A DNA stretch of 64,000 nt, from contig ADNK01000977.1 of assembly GCA_000320545.1 (NCBI GenBank), positions 18,051 through 82,050 on the forward strand, read 5' to 3'. The notes under the pieces are model-generated. The model saw nothing but the letters and a program-made list of their open reading frames with translations, had not been told where the DNA came from and searched no databases. The position numbers and the translations under genes are program-made. Positions 36,613-50,688 of the stretch are shown here, piece by piece. Numbering within the stretch: position 1 is the first letter of the stretch; each line of letters starts with the position of its first letter. Origin of the DNA: Bigelowiella natans CCMP2755. Its lineage: Eukaryota > Protista > Cercozoa.

Positions 36613-37569
36613 CTACGGGTGCGAGGCGTCACCAACAAGTCGGCCACAAGCAAAGAATCCGATAGAAAAGTGAGTGACCTCAACGTACGAGCAAAAAAGC
36701 AACAGTGATGTACAGGAGTGGGGAAGGCAGACCTTGATGAGATGATGATACGCAGGAGGGAGAGAGTGGTTGCCGAACTGAGGAGAGGTTAGTAAAAGTA
36801 CCCCCGGGGAATACCCATATAAATAACAGACAATACCGGGGATTCAAATTTACGACGCTGCCACCAAATAGCGTGGAAACTTTCTGGAGATTTCCAATGG
36901 ATTCCCCGAGATTTCGCAAAAACGCACGGAACGCAAGCGAAACAGCACAGCGCGGTAACACGCTCCAAGATTTTTTATTTATTCGGGATACGGAGCTACG
37001 AGAAAAGACACTTATGACAGACGAAAACGGCGCGAATCCCTCCCTCCACTCTGTGCACACGTTCAGATAATTAGAGGATTAAGACTTGTATTGGATACAG
37101 ATATATAGTTATTAAGGTATGAATATAGGCCTATTTGTATCCTAATTTCGCATACGAGTGAAACATAGGGTTGGAGCATCATTAAATTATGAGAATGTAA
37201 AAAATGATTTTTATTTTAGTTTGTGTTTAAATTATGGTTATTTAGTTACAATATCGCGCATATTTTCATAAAATGACATCATAGGCCCTTCTTTTATTTT
37301 AAATGTTATTATCATCGACCTTTTTTTTTTAAACCACCTTGTTAAGTTTGTAGGTCTAAAAAAGGAAGAGAAGTTTAATATCGAGATTTTAGATTGGAGA
37401 TCATCTTTTCTGCTCTTCCTCAAAATCACCTTTCAGATTCCCTGTATGTTAGCAAAAATATTGTCGTATCATAAAAACTATCGACACTGGTTTTTGATCA
37501 CGTGACAGATAATACTGAAAGTCTGGAAGGCAACCCGCCCCCCTAAAATCGTTTTCTTTTGGCCACACC

Positions 37570-38480
37570 ATGGATCCTCTCCTACCTACACAACGCCATC
37601 CACACTCACACATGGCAAAGTCGAGAGTTGTTACACGTGTAATTATCATTGCCATCGTGTCCGCTACTGCCATCTACATTCATAGACCATTCTCGAAGGA
37701 TGTCCTGTCTAGAGGTAGTGAAAACCAGCGGAAGACAAATTGGCACAGAATTCATTTCTTCCATATTTTTCAGGTGCATCCACGCAAATATCTTCATCGA
37801 AGTTTCCAGTAGGAATGAAAGGAAGAATGCAGGCAGATACAGGAAGTATGCGGGTAAGGCTGGCGAGGAGAAGTAAACTAGGCAACGTAAAACAGATGGA
37901 TTCCAATCAGTACATCGTTGGTACAATCTTCTCTGGGAGAAGCACCAGTACCCATGCTTATGATTCCGCTCATCAAGATGAAAGTTTCGGAGAGGGCGGA
38001 TTGGGAAAAGGTCGTTTTTCCCGCGAAAGTAGGATTGATGCTTTCCCTTCTCGTGTCGTTTCAGTTAAAGCTGGAGAGACGGTGAGGGGTGGAGGCACCA
38101 TTCGCGAGAAGCACGATAAAAGTATTGCGCGCGGATTTAAGCCAGCAAATATTCCTGATGGATTCGCTTCCATCTCGCAGTCTATCAACAACGTTGCTGA
38201 CAATACAGCTGACTTCTTCGCTGGCCTTTCTCCGAAAACGTGCTCTTCCAGCATGGATTGTAGACGGGAGCACGCCTTCGACAATAGAGTGGGTTATGAA
38301 TGCTGTTCGTATGGCGTCGTTAATATGTGCTGCTTCCCTCCTGAGGACGACGATGATGATTGGAAGGGTGGTTGGGGTCGACCGCTCGTTCCTGAACTGC
38401 AACTTGTGCCTATTCCTATACGAAAGCATAATCCAGATGTTTATGGAGGCCCAGGTCACCACGGCGGGTATCCCTACTGA
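37570..38480 (+). CDS. Hypothetical protein with bipartite (signal + transit) presequence and C-terminal Cys motif; probably plastid-targeted; 2 exons
   Basis: Exon 1 has a hydrophobic stretch 'VIIIAIVSATAIYI'. An intron at ~37715-37773 joins in frame to a basic Ser/Arg/Gly-rich region ending 'RVVSVKA' (transit-cleavage-like). The C-terminus reads 'C-x5-C-x13-CC-x7-CC..W..P.LQLVPIP'. Confidence 0.62.
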
Positions 38481-39444
38481 AGTTATTGTGATGGTGCAGA
38501 ACAATAGTAGTAGTAGTTGCAGTAGTGCCATAGCGTACTTATTTTAAAGTAGTTCTGGGGATGAAATGAAGAGCAATATAATAGGCTGTCTCCTTTATGT
38601 TTTTGGTTTCTCCTCCTCCTCCTGCTCCTGCAAATGATTATAACTATGTGCTGAAGTGTACAGAATGGGGACGTTCTTCCTCCCTCTGATTTTTACCGCA
38701 TGAGTTGTAACTACATCCATAGAAATTATGGTCACTTAAAAAGACGTCGCAGTAAAGACGCCATTCGCCATAAGTCGAAATCAGAAAATGCCGTCATTCA
38801 TGATCATTTTCCATATTCATTCATTCAAACTGTACTATGTTTTCTTTTCCCTTTTAAATATTGTCTAGTCCAAGTAAAAAGCACTTAAAGAAGTGCGCCA
38901 CCAGTGAGAGCATATGTAAATTTCTTTGATACAGAAAACTACTGCGATTCACAAGAAATCAAGCCCCATTAAGCTTTGTATAGTGTATATGATATTATGT
39001 ATACATATGTAAATTTTAGAGCTTTGTAACTGCATAAATCGTGTCATCCAGACATCTTTCGTACAACAAATATCAGCAATTTTTGGTTTTAGATATATTC
39101 CAAATTAAATCTGCACAAGCAGGATGCCGCACTTGAAATATTAATGTAGAAGTATTGTAAAGAATTCTCCATTGAAGACAACTTTCAGATAACGACAGTG
39201 AAATAGAAGTAAATAAACTTCGATCATTATTCAGCTAGATGTATGTATTATCAGATTCATTTGTATAGAGAAATTAAATAGTAACGCCATCATCCAGATC
39301 GAATTGTGTAACATGTTCCCATTTAATAAAAGCTACAGATCACGCAAAAATGTATCCTGAAGATCGATGCCATGTCTAGCTAGATGTTGCGCGCAGAAGC
39401 ACATGATTGTATGCAGGAACAAACCAACATAATCCTAGGTAGCT

Positions 39445-39525
39445 AGCGCTGTAATGTAGCCGCTCTATGCTAGCGCTGCTCTGCATAGCTACATCAGGAG
39501 CGACGATTGGAAGAGTGTAATCTTG
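39445..39525 (+). repeat. Diverged third copy of the intergenic repeat
   Basis: cgctgctctgcatagctacatcagga (from 39474) matches 19824-19849 with one mismatch. Upstream agcgctgta..gccgct matches 19813-19827, and the 3' half is degenerate. Confidence 0.65.
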
Positions 39526-39800
39526 CTTCAATACACTATCTAGTACAACATCTGGCTCATAACTAGATAAATCAACAACTCTTTCTCAAAGAATGCATTG
39601 TGCATGTACATACGCAGTGAAGCAGCTCTAGCAGCTCTTACTTGCAGTCTAGCAGTTCATGTACACGCTAGCATGCCTGTCTAGCTGTGCTTTATTAGCG
39701 CTAGATTTGCAGATGGTGCCATGTCAGCGAATGAATACTATAGTCAGACTGAGCGCCACATACTAGCACATACATTGTAGCTCTTGGCCGCGTACATAGC

Positions 39801-39871
39801 TAGCTAGATAGGCTACGTACGTTTATATACGGCGTGGCATATTAGCTAGATAGGCTACGTACGGCGTGGCA
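39801..39871. repeat. Short imperfect tandem duplication
   Basis: tagctagataggctacgtacg occurs at 39801 and 39843, each followed by or overlapping tacggcgtggca. Confidence 0.8.
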
Positions 39872-40139
39872 CATTAGATCTCAGTGAACACGTATACAAT
39901 ACATATATCATTGCAGCGAAATGTCCCGATCTGCTAGCTATATCTTCTAACCCATTTAAATAAATAATTGCTGTGATAATGATGATGATTTTTCCACTGT
40001 GTGCTATCTCTTGCCGCTCACAAATCTAGCAATTACTAGATTAATACACATTATTAGTGAACCGCATTGCACACGCGCCGTAGCACTCTAGCATTACTGC
40101 CACATCCACACCACCACTATACTGGTGCCATATCTAGCG

Positions 40140-40179
<40 letters not shown>

Positions 40180-40273
40180 CATATACATATATAACATATA
40201 TGTGTAATACAAAATATCTACCCCTCTTCATCATCCCCCAGCCATGCTCTAGATTGCGTCGTATCATGGCTTC

Positions 40274-40606
40274 TCAGAAGGAGGAAGTCTGCCCCGCTGG
40301 GATATTAGCTGCTGCGCCGGGAGGTGTTGTTTCCATAGTACTTTGCTGCTGTCGTAGAATATCCAAGGACGCGCCAGTGTTGTTATTAGCATCGAACCCC
40401 CCCCCTCCACCAATCGATGACGATTCCACCAATCCCTCGAAAATATTCTCCATTGCTGGCGGCTGCTGCTGTTGCTGTATTGACCCGGTGGCGAAGATGT
40501 CAACGACTGGAGACGATTGATCTTCAGGCAGGAAGTCATTGAAAGGGCTGCTGGTGGCGTCGTTCGTAGCAGCTCCCGTACTTGCTCCAGAGAACAGCGG
40601 CGCTTG

Positions 40607-40637
<31 letters not shown>

Positions 40638-43600
40638 AAGGCTCCGAACGGACTGCTGGCGTCAGGAGGACCGGCTGATGCTGCATTCAGGAAAGGGTTC
40701 TCCTGTATATATATCAGTGTGTGTTTATTACGAGACAAGAAATCTAGTTTTCGCTGTTAATTGAATGAATACATGTTATGGCTCTTACATCTTATCACCG
40801 AATTCTTCTTATTTCTACAGTTATCCGACGTTCAACTCTACTAATCTTTAGAAGACATTGCGAAATCCCCCCCCCCCCCCCCCTCCCCCTCTCTAGTCAC
40901 TTCTTAATATTGGATTTAAAAATTTCGTCTCTCCATCCTTAACATCACACTTACGAGCAACACAGATAAGAAAGACAAGTACGACGTCGTCTCAAGTATT
41001 CTATAGGTATTTTCGAGTAATCATAATCATAATCATAATCATAAATCGCACCGTTGGTTGCTCCGCTAACGTTGGCGGCGCATGAATCGTAGGCCTGGTG
41101 TGCTTCTGGACTGCTGAGGATGAGGCCCCTCCTTTCGTATCCTCGTCTTTTCTGAAAGCGGTGATGACATGTTAACACAGAAGTCACGGCCCCGACTTTG
41201 GAAAGAGTCAAGGTCAATCAATCATCGGCGCTGCTGCCATACAAAACAACCTCATGTCTGCGACAGTCTTCGTCAAATGGTCAATCTGAATTTATTCGGA
41301 GCATTGGTTAAGCAGCAAGAGCAACAACGGGAAATATGCAAATTAAGTATTACATATAACAGTGCAAGCACAGAATGAATCTGTAAGAAACGCAACGTCT
41401 CCTCTCTCATATATTACCTTGTTAAGCAGGGCCACGCTCTCTCTTTGCAGAGTCAAGATCTGATCAGACAACCGATTAGAAAAGCGGGTCATCTTCGTTT
41501 CACGATGCAGCAAAACAAGCTGCTGTGCGCTGACCAAACCAACACACAATCACTACTCCGCCCAGACTGACTGCAAAATACCCAACGATTATTGCCCCGT
41601 TTCGTCGCGCTGGAGATATAAAACCATAGCTGTTTTTTGCTCTCACGCCGCAGCTGAAGCATATCTCGAATACGTCTGGAACTACCCCCCCCCCCCCTCC
41701 CTCATCCTTTCTATTTTTTGCTTCGTTCTTCGTTTTAAACATAATCTCGGAAACCTGTTGTTCCGTGGACTCATTCCTACGCTGTAGCTGAATCATCATC
41801 GCTTGAAGTTGCTGCGATCATAAGCAGTATATTATCGGTCGGTCATCACACAAGAGGGCAGGAGGGGCACGATTTTGAGCGCAATTCCGAGGGGGGGGGG
41901 AAACAAAGGGCGTTCTGATTTTCCCACGATTGTTTTGGCTCACGACACGACGCACAGCAGCTAGAGACCGAAACAAAACAGTCCGATCCCCCCCCCCCCC
42001 CCCCCCTGGGTTGTAAACGACGTGTCGCAGGGCCAAATCCAGCTAAATAATACTGAACGATGAAAATAGCTAATTCGAGGAAAGAAGTGTCACCGTATTC
42101 GTGCACTGTCCTTGATTGAGGCCCTTCGCTTCCAAAGCGCTTAATCGCTGGTCAAGAGAGACGCTTGATAACGCAACAAAGAACGACGAGTCAAGAACGA
42201 TAAAAGTTTGATGATGACAACAATTGAACGATATCCTCGTCAATTAATAACGACTCCGCTCCTCCCCCCCCCCCTCCTCCTCCTTCTATTCGTCCCTCAA
42301 TAATTCTGCTGCAGTAACATCATCACCACTATCACCACCACCATCATCATCATCATCATCATCATCTTCTTCTTCATCATCACCTATCTTTCTTGAGCGC
42401 AATTACTGCTTGGACCGTCTGAGTGGTAACCTTCTCCATCTTTGCTTTCCACTGCTGCACTTGTTGCAGGGACGACGACGATGATGACGACGACGACGAT
42501 GATGATGATGATGATGATGATGAGGACTGAATGATGATTACGGTCTAAAGACGCTTACGCTCTCCTCCTCCTCCTCCTCCTCCTCCTCCTCCTCCTCTAC
42601 TACTCTTCTTCATCATCATCGCCCTCTTCTGCTGCTGGTGCTGCTGCTGATGGGCTGTATTGCTATATGACGCAGATGACGCTGCTGATGCTGCTGCTTG
42701 TGGTGGCGGTACTGCTGCAGACGCCATGGTTCTCCCGACCCCTTCTTCTGCGCCATCATTGACTTCATCGTTCAATCGCATGTGCGGATAGGAGGGTGTG
42801 TCCATGCCGCCCCCCTCCCCCTATTAACATGCAAAAATATGGAGAAACAGATATGAAATGAGATTCTTTGGAAAGGGATTCGAGACCGAAGACGAATGAA
42901 ACACTCAAGTGGCAGAGGTACAATCGATACGACACGGCGGGGGATCAACGTGATCCTCTCGTAGCGAGGCTGACGGAGGACCATCCCCCTCCCCACTAGT
43001 TTTTCTCCTCGGGTCATCATATAGATGTACGCTGCTCTCTTTTCTCGTTCGCATGACAAAAGCATGCTCATGTGTGCGTTTTGTGTCGCGGTGCACTCGG
43101 GGGGAGGCTGAGGTACCGATGATGATGATGATTTTAATCATATGATGCGTGTTTCTCTTTGCCACTTGACGGTTACACAATCATCATCATCATCATCATC
43201 GTCGCAGCAGTAGGGGCAGGGAAAACACATGATCATTATTGTTACATCGTCCGAATCGGCATCGCCTCCACCATCAGCAGGGCCGTCCTCCCCCACCCCC
43301 CCTGACTCTTCTTCTTCTTCCTCGTTTTCACTTGAATGCTCATCGTCGTCAGAAACAACCGGCTGCTGCTGAGTGGCGAGTAGCTGATAATCCATATCGT
43401 CGTTTATCACCGATTCCATTTGCAAAGTAGATCAATACGCATAGTATAACATCCCCATCATTGCATATATGCTGCTGGTCTCTATTTTCGAATATAATTC
43501 TTCAGTGAGAGGAAATGAGCAACCATTCCCCGTATCATCCTCCTCCCTTTTCTTCCTTCCTTCTCATCATTATCATCGTCACCACCACCACCACCACCAC

Positions 43601-44170
43601 CACCACCACCACCACCATATGTATATCTACCGTTGCTGTTTCTTGTGCGTGCTGTGATCTGCTGTAGGAAGGGATGGATGGCACGGACGTATCAACAAAA
43701 CACGCAACAATTAACCAATCGAAGTTCCACAACAACAACAACAACAACAACAAGATGAACGGACAAAGCAGTAATATACTTACTAGCAACACAAAGGCAT
43801 TTCGTAGAATGTATAGCCAACGACAACGACGTCAAACCTCGGCGCTGCTCGCATAGGGGATGTGCAGGCGAATCTTATCGTGAATGGCGATTTGTTGCCC
43901 TAACACCATCTCATCAGAATCATCATTTTCCCAGCAAGATTCTTCTCTAATACTATTATTATCCTGATAGCAATACACGTTTATCTCATCAAAACACATG
44001 CATATATCATCCGTACCAGCGCCCGACGCAGTTGCGTCACGACATCCTGAGGGTTGACCATTAATGTAAGATTTCGTTGCGATAAAGCAGTGAATCAGTC
44101 TTCATCCGTCACGAGTCCGCAGAGCACGTGTTGTTCAATAGTATAGTACGTGTGTGCATGATGATGATGG

Positions 44171-44202
<32 letters not shown>

Positions 44203-44368
44203 CATCTGCTGCGACAGTGATATACGAGGAATGCACACGCGACCTGGTTGGACTGAACCCTCTTGTTTTCCACGCTGAATATCGTCCATCCAACCTTCGC
44301 AGCACAAACAACAGCAACAACAAATTGAGCTTGCATTCACCTCTCATTGTAGGGTAAAGACCTCTTTG

Positions 44369-44408
<40 letters not shown>

Positions 44409-44716
44409 TAGTAGTAGCAACCCCCCTCCCCTCTCTCCATCCCTCTCGCAGACATATTTGATTGTGATGTTTTGGGGGAGGGGGAGGGTACCTGAACCCC
44501 TTGTTGTGCGGCCTGACTATCGGCATTTACCCTAAGAGGGGGAGGGGTATGGAGGTTTGAAAGATGAGAGAAGAAAACGATTATGTTCATAATTTGATTT
44601 AAGAATCATCACCCAACTACCCACTGCAGCAGCCTCACAGTTACTACTTCTATCTCCATGACTCAAAGACACAAATATTGATTTGATGTGCCTTTCTCTC
44701 TTCCACCAAATGATAG

Positions 44717-44749
<33 letters not shown>

Positions 44750-44805
44750 AAACATAGCGCCGACGATCTTCATCCCTCCCTCCCTCCCTCCCTCCCTCCC
44801 TCCCT

Positions 44806-44845
<40 letters not shown>

Positions 44846-45855
44846 GCACGCACACTCACTATGTCCACGTGCATGTACATTATTATCATCCCAAAAATCC
44901 TCCGCAAGTGCTAACCCCCATCACCGAGCGATGAATGCTATTAATACGTCTTACAATAATATTTTAAAGTTCTATCCCCTCCCCCTTCCTCACCGTGTGA
45001 CTACAGGCCCTGCGGTCATCAAACCCAGAGGATTTCCTGGAAAGAACTTGACGAGCTGATGATCCAGATAACAGAAACAACAAATCATCGTAATTATTAA
45101 TGACTCAGAACCCTACAGGTGTGAGGAAGAAACAAAGGAGGCGATTTGTGTCTACTTAGCGTGGACGTCAATCATGTAGTGCGTGCACATGTCAAGAATG
45201 TGCAAAACTCGAAGACAGGTAGTAGTAGCAGTAGTAGTATGCACCTTAAAGTTGTGATTTAGCTGCTGCTGCTGCTGGTGGCGCATTGGGGTTGTTGTCG
45301 CCGTCCTTGTGACGCTGTTGGCCTTGCCACCAAAGGCGTCATCGAATCCGGAGAAATGCTGAAGGAGGGGGGAGGAGGAGGAGGAGGAGACGATGTTGAA
45401 TGATAGATACTAGTAGCAGCATAATAAAAAGCACATCGTTTATGTGTTCTTCTTCGCGTGCCCACAAAAATAGTCCTTGTCTTCTTTACAGCAGTAAATT
45501 AAAAACCTTAGCAATTTGTCCAGGAGAGAGCTGCTGGTGCTGCTGCCTCCTCCTCGCCATGCTGCTGCTCTGCGGTTGCTGTTGTTGTGCTGCTTGCTGA
45601 TTCCTCCTTGCTTTCGATTGTGGAGATGGACTTCTCGACCTTCCTCGTGCTTCATGCTGCTGCTGCTGCTGCTGCTGCAGTTGTGCTTTCTTCCTCTCAC
45701 GCTAATCAATCAATATATTCGCAGCGGCAGCATATTTGAATAAGTAATCACGTACACCACAGATCCAAAATGAAAAGTAACAGCGTTGTTATCCTTGTGC
45801 TCGCAGTCTTTCCTTTTTCAACTACTGCGCTTTCTTAAGTTTTGATAATATTTGT

Positions 45856-45920
<65 letters not shown>

Positions 45921-46111
45921 TGAAGTCCTCTCCACCATTAAAGATACCACCACCACCACCACCACCACCACCACCACCACTACCATCATAGTCATCATGA
46001 TCATCATTAATGATAATAATATTACCTCTTGCTCACGCTTTATAATGACAGCTACTATCTGATCCACAGTTGCTCTGCCCTCCTTAACCATGGTCATCGC
46101 CCTTGTTGATG

Positions 46112-46144
<33 letters not shown>

Positions 46145-46468
46145 GTGGAGAGATCATAGTTGAGGAGATCATACACAGGAGAGTGGTGGTGGAGGGAGGA
46201 GAGGCTTGGTGATTTGTCACATGTAAGAGATTGCTGTTGTCTCTATGCGTGTATGTACTACTACCGTCAGCACCACCCACTGCTACTACTGCTATCACTG
46301 CACCTATCATCATCATCATCATCATCATCATAATCATCATGAACGTTCTTTCTTTGATTCATGCCTGTATGCGCTCTTTCTCGGTCATCTTAGCAATAGC
46401 CGCCTTCGTGGTCAGGAACGACGACCATCCACGCGGCGGATCAACCGTGATGATGTGATGTGACATCG

Positions 46469-46510
<42 letters not shown>

Positions 46511-46765
46511 CGCAAGCACGCACGCACAACGATCAGGCATCATCATCACAATAACAGCGGCGGAAGGAATCAGAATAAGCATGGGATCTGAACTCGAGTG
46601 CCCTTGCGTGTCGCGAAACGGTAAAACAACCATATCTACGTCGTCTTCCTCTCCACCACCACCACCCGGTATTAACCCCGGAATCAAGCCCATCATCTTG
46701 TACTACACTCATTATGTCTCTGGCGCTGTCACCACTCCCATCCCCTCCTCTCCTCCCCCCCTCCC

Positions 46766-46801
<36 letters not shown>

Positions 46802-47292
46802 GGATGATCATCATCACTTTATAAATCTCCGATTTCGTTTCTGGGATCTTTTTCGCTGAAGAAGAAGCGGAGGAGGGGGGGGGAGGGGAGGAGGGCGAGG
46901 AAGAGGCGTTGTTGTGCGACTGCTGGGATGATGACGACGATGATGCCGGTTTGCGTGCGCTTGGGCCCGTCAGATCGGAAGAGGAGGGGGGGGCGACACG
47001 AGCTGTGGATGTATCCATTATGTTATGAAGATGAGAACGTATTAGAGGAGTAACGCAGCGAGTGTATGGCCTTCAATGTACCGTCGAAGAATAAGAAATC
47101 ACCGATCTCTTCTCTCGCTTTGCACATGAGGTGGGGTGTTGAAGAAATTGCACGCTCTAAGGCTCATCGTCGTCGTCGTTGTCGTCGTAGTTAAAATTGA
47201 TGTTAATATGGTTGTTGTTGCTGTTGTTGCTGCTGTTTTGTCACGCACATCTGCACACAAGCACCGCTGCGATATACTGCTGGTACTACTAT

Positions 47293-47328
<36 letters not shown>

Positions 47329-48171
47329 AACTACCAATTGCTGGTCCTTTTCTCATCGGCACCATCACGGGAGGGCTATGGCCGCCATCCTCATCATCGT
47401 GGAGGAAACCACCTGCATCTTTCGGGGATCTTGGAGAATAACAGCATTACACACAACACGCACGCAACAACAGGTTATCATCATCATCATCGTCGTGCCG
47501 AGGCCTACAAAATATGAAGCATGGAGAGAGATGATAAGGGAGAAGGAGCAGGTCGCATACACTCGTCTTCAAGCACTATTTTGTAGCACACCGCACGACA
47601 AAAATTCATCGATTTTTTCGCAGTGCCGTTTCACCAGACTGGTAACGATCACGGAAACGCAGCATCCTTTGTGCGTTCTACATTGTGCTTCCTCCGAACC
47701 AACGAAGACAGTGCTGCATCGTTTTTGCTCCAGGCATAAAGATCATAGGCGCTTTGGAAGTTGTTTGATATGTACCTAGGGGATTGCTTCTCGATGTTTA
47801 AGTAACTGTCGTCGTCGTCGTCGTCGTCATCGTCGTCATCGTCCACTCTTGCCTCCTCCCTCATTTTGCTGTGAGCTTTATGATCCTCCTCATCGTCGTC
47901 ATCATCATGATCCTCTAAGACTGCGAATGCGTCGCCATGAAAACTGTCCCTTTGGGTGGGGGGGGGGAGGGAGGAATGAAGGAAGGAATGAGGAAGAGTA
48001 GTAGCCGATGGTGTTTAGCATCAGCCATGCGAACGCCACATATGGTCTTTATTATCAATTCACGTGGCAATTCTTCTTGGCGCGTGTAGGGAAAGTAACA
48101 CGAATATGGTGACAATCAGCCTGATGTTGTTGTCGTGACCTATCCACAAACACGTTCCCTATTCATCTCTC

Positions 48172-48216
<45 letters not shown>

Positions 48217-49052
48217 TACCCATCCTCCGATAGAAGATGCGTTCCTAATTGGGGAGGCAAAGAAGTGTATGGAAGTATTATGTGAGTGTTAACGCACGGC
48301 CCACGACTGATATATAAACAATTTAAGCAGAAGCTATCATCGATCATCATCATCATCATTTCTGCTGCTGCTTCTGCCATTTTATCCTTAAATATGAATG
48401 ATTTCCTCCCAGATAAAAGCGAGGAGGAGAACCTTTCTGCTTGCTTTTCGCGCCCTTTTTTGTGGAGCGGCTCGATTTTCTGTTGAATATCCCCATTATC
48501 GGGCCTCGCAGGCCTGACGATGTTTGATGATATGTGCAAAACAGCAATGGCGTGCATTGTTATGAACCAATATGTGCTGTTTTCGAAGATTGTTTTTTTC
48601 ACGGAAAAGCGCAAACATTACACATTGCAGTGAAACTCTATTCTTCATGTGTTTCGCTTCCCATTGGCATTTCACTGTTGCGAGCATTTTTCCTCGATTC
48701 TTAACCATCACATCCAATAGGAATTATCATCTTTTTTATCACTGTTGTCCCCCCCTTACCTTTGCTGGCTGTTGATCGACTGGAAGCTGGCCTTTGGCCC
48801 TCTTTCACCCTTCCTTCTTCCTCCTCCCCCTCCTCGTCCTCTAGTAATCCCGATTGCCGCGAAGGGAACTGAGGAAGTATGTGTGATTGTTGCAATAACT
48901 ACTGGTTTTCAAACCAGCCGAATAGTCGGAGCGCTTAAACAGTGATTTCCCGGCGTGTGTTTGGGGGGGGGGGGGGGGTGGAAATCGCCGTTGATTTTGT
49001 TTTGGTGGATGTTGCTTCATTTCTAATGCGTGCTGAGAAGCATATATAAATA

Positions 49053-49098
<46 letters not shown>

Positions 49099-49198
49099 GA
49101 GAGATACATATCATTCTTGAACGCGACGAGGAGATATCGTCTCCATCAGAGCTTGGTTCTACTTCCAGAAAGATGATAATAATGTGAGATTTGCAAAC
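40274..49198 (-). CDS. Probable downstream exons of the ArfGAP gene (low-complexity, acidic and coiled-coil segments, terminal NPF-containing exon); could partly be a separate gene
   Basis: Minus-strand open, splice-bounded segments at ~46820-47018 (S/P-rich), ~43245-43410 (acidic), ~42400-42800 and ~41420-41810 (Q-rich coiled-coil-like). The terminal exon at ~40274-40702 reads 'ENPFL..SPFGAF..PFNDF..DIF..QTSSF*', typical of trafficking-adaptor tails. I see no promoter-type spacer between these and the ArfGAP domain. Confidence 0.5.
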
Positions 49199-49817
49199 CT
49201 TTGAGATTTTGGTTTCAGCGTCGTCGTCATCTTCAGGCCGACCTAACATCGGCTGCTGCTTCTTCTTTGCAACACGGATATCTGTTGGTTTCTGCCCGCT
49301 TTTATGCCACCGCTTAAACTCGTACTTTTCGCGAATAAACTCCCAACGAGCAGATCGATCGGAGCTCTCAGTGGGCTGTAACATAATCATTAGAGGGGAA
49401 AAGAAGAAATTATTCTTCAAAAATGGCTTCTTCCGACAACATGACGCAAACACTTCACCTTAAGATGCTTCTCGAGAGCCAAATGAAACTCGTATACAGC
49501 ATTCACCTTGGTGTTACCTGCGACAACACATACATTCAGACGTCTAATATGTACCTCTGCCCCCCTGCTTCCAAACCAACGACGAACGGCGACAGGAGCG
49601 GAGGAGAGGAGGACAAAGAATTAAAAAACAGATGATCGGTGCTATTCACATATTGGAGATATATTTTACCTCCCTGTTTTTTAAATTGAGAGGTCATCTG
49701 AGAAGGATGGTAAGGGGGGGTAAAGAGGAAGAAAAGAAAAATGGAGCAATTACGCACTGGAGTGCTAATGCAGTTGGTGCACAGATGCTATTTTATTTAT
49801 ATTCTGGGACAAAACAC

Positions 49818-49880
<63 letters not shown>

Positions 49881-50688
49881 TGTGTGTGCACAACAAAAAA
49901 ATTGGCTCCTATTCCCTCAAATTGAAGATTGGTAATGTCTTCTTTTTTTAATTCTGCGCTATCGCTAAATCATGATTGTATAAATGCTTTGCTTGCCATA
50001 CATCATTACTCCACGTGTCCATTGTCAGCGATCGGACTTTTGAGATGTGAACGCCTGAGAGGGGGGGGGGAGAATGGAAGCAGTAGATGATATGTCACGG
50101 GTGAGGGGATGAAGGATAACGGGTGGAGGAGAGTGCAGAAGGCTATGAGAAAATGGTAGCCTGCAATGAGGATTACTTTTCATGCAACCATGCAAGAAAT
50201 CGTCGACATATATATATATATATATATACCCAGATTTCGATGGCAGCCTGAGCAATCAAGGCACAGCAAGACGCCGAGGTTGTAGCTCGCCCTAGAAGAA
50301 AAAAAAGGTAATATTAGGAGATGTTCGTGGTAATAAAGGATGGCCATCATCATTAAACGCAACCATTTCGGATTTTTCTTCCCGCAATCCGCACATTTTT
50401 GATTTCCCGGGAGCTTGTTGAGCTTTAAAGCCATTGAAGCCAATTTCGAAGCAGAGTCCTAAATCGAAGGCTCCGAGACTACTTGTGAACATAAATCATT
50501 ATCGTTGTGCACATCCCTCCAATGCTCCAATTTTTCAACTGAGTCCTCATAGTTATTACAATAATATCAATAGCATTGCCCTTTTCCCTCGGTGACAGTC
50601 ATTCCTCTCTCTCTCTCTCTCTCTTCCGGATTAGCGAAGTTGTGTACACCTGGAAGATTCTTTCAAGGAGCGTTGCTCGCCTTGCTGG
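49199..50688 (-). CDS. ArfGAP domain (SMAP/AGFG-like) at the N-terminus of a long minus-strand gene
   Basis: Spliced exons give LPGNQKCADCGKKNPKW|ASYNLGVLLCLDCSGCHRNLG|VHISKVRSLTMDTWSND|MTSQFKKQGG|NTKVNAVYE..|..RWEFIREKYEFKRW. This includes the CX2CX16CX2CX4R zinc finger with the catalytic Arg. The start codon was not resolved (an upstream exon lies at 50650-50688). Confidence 0.92.
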
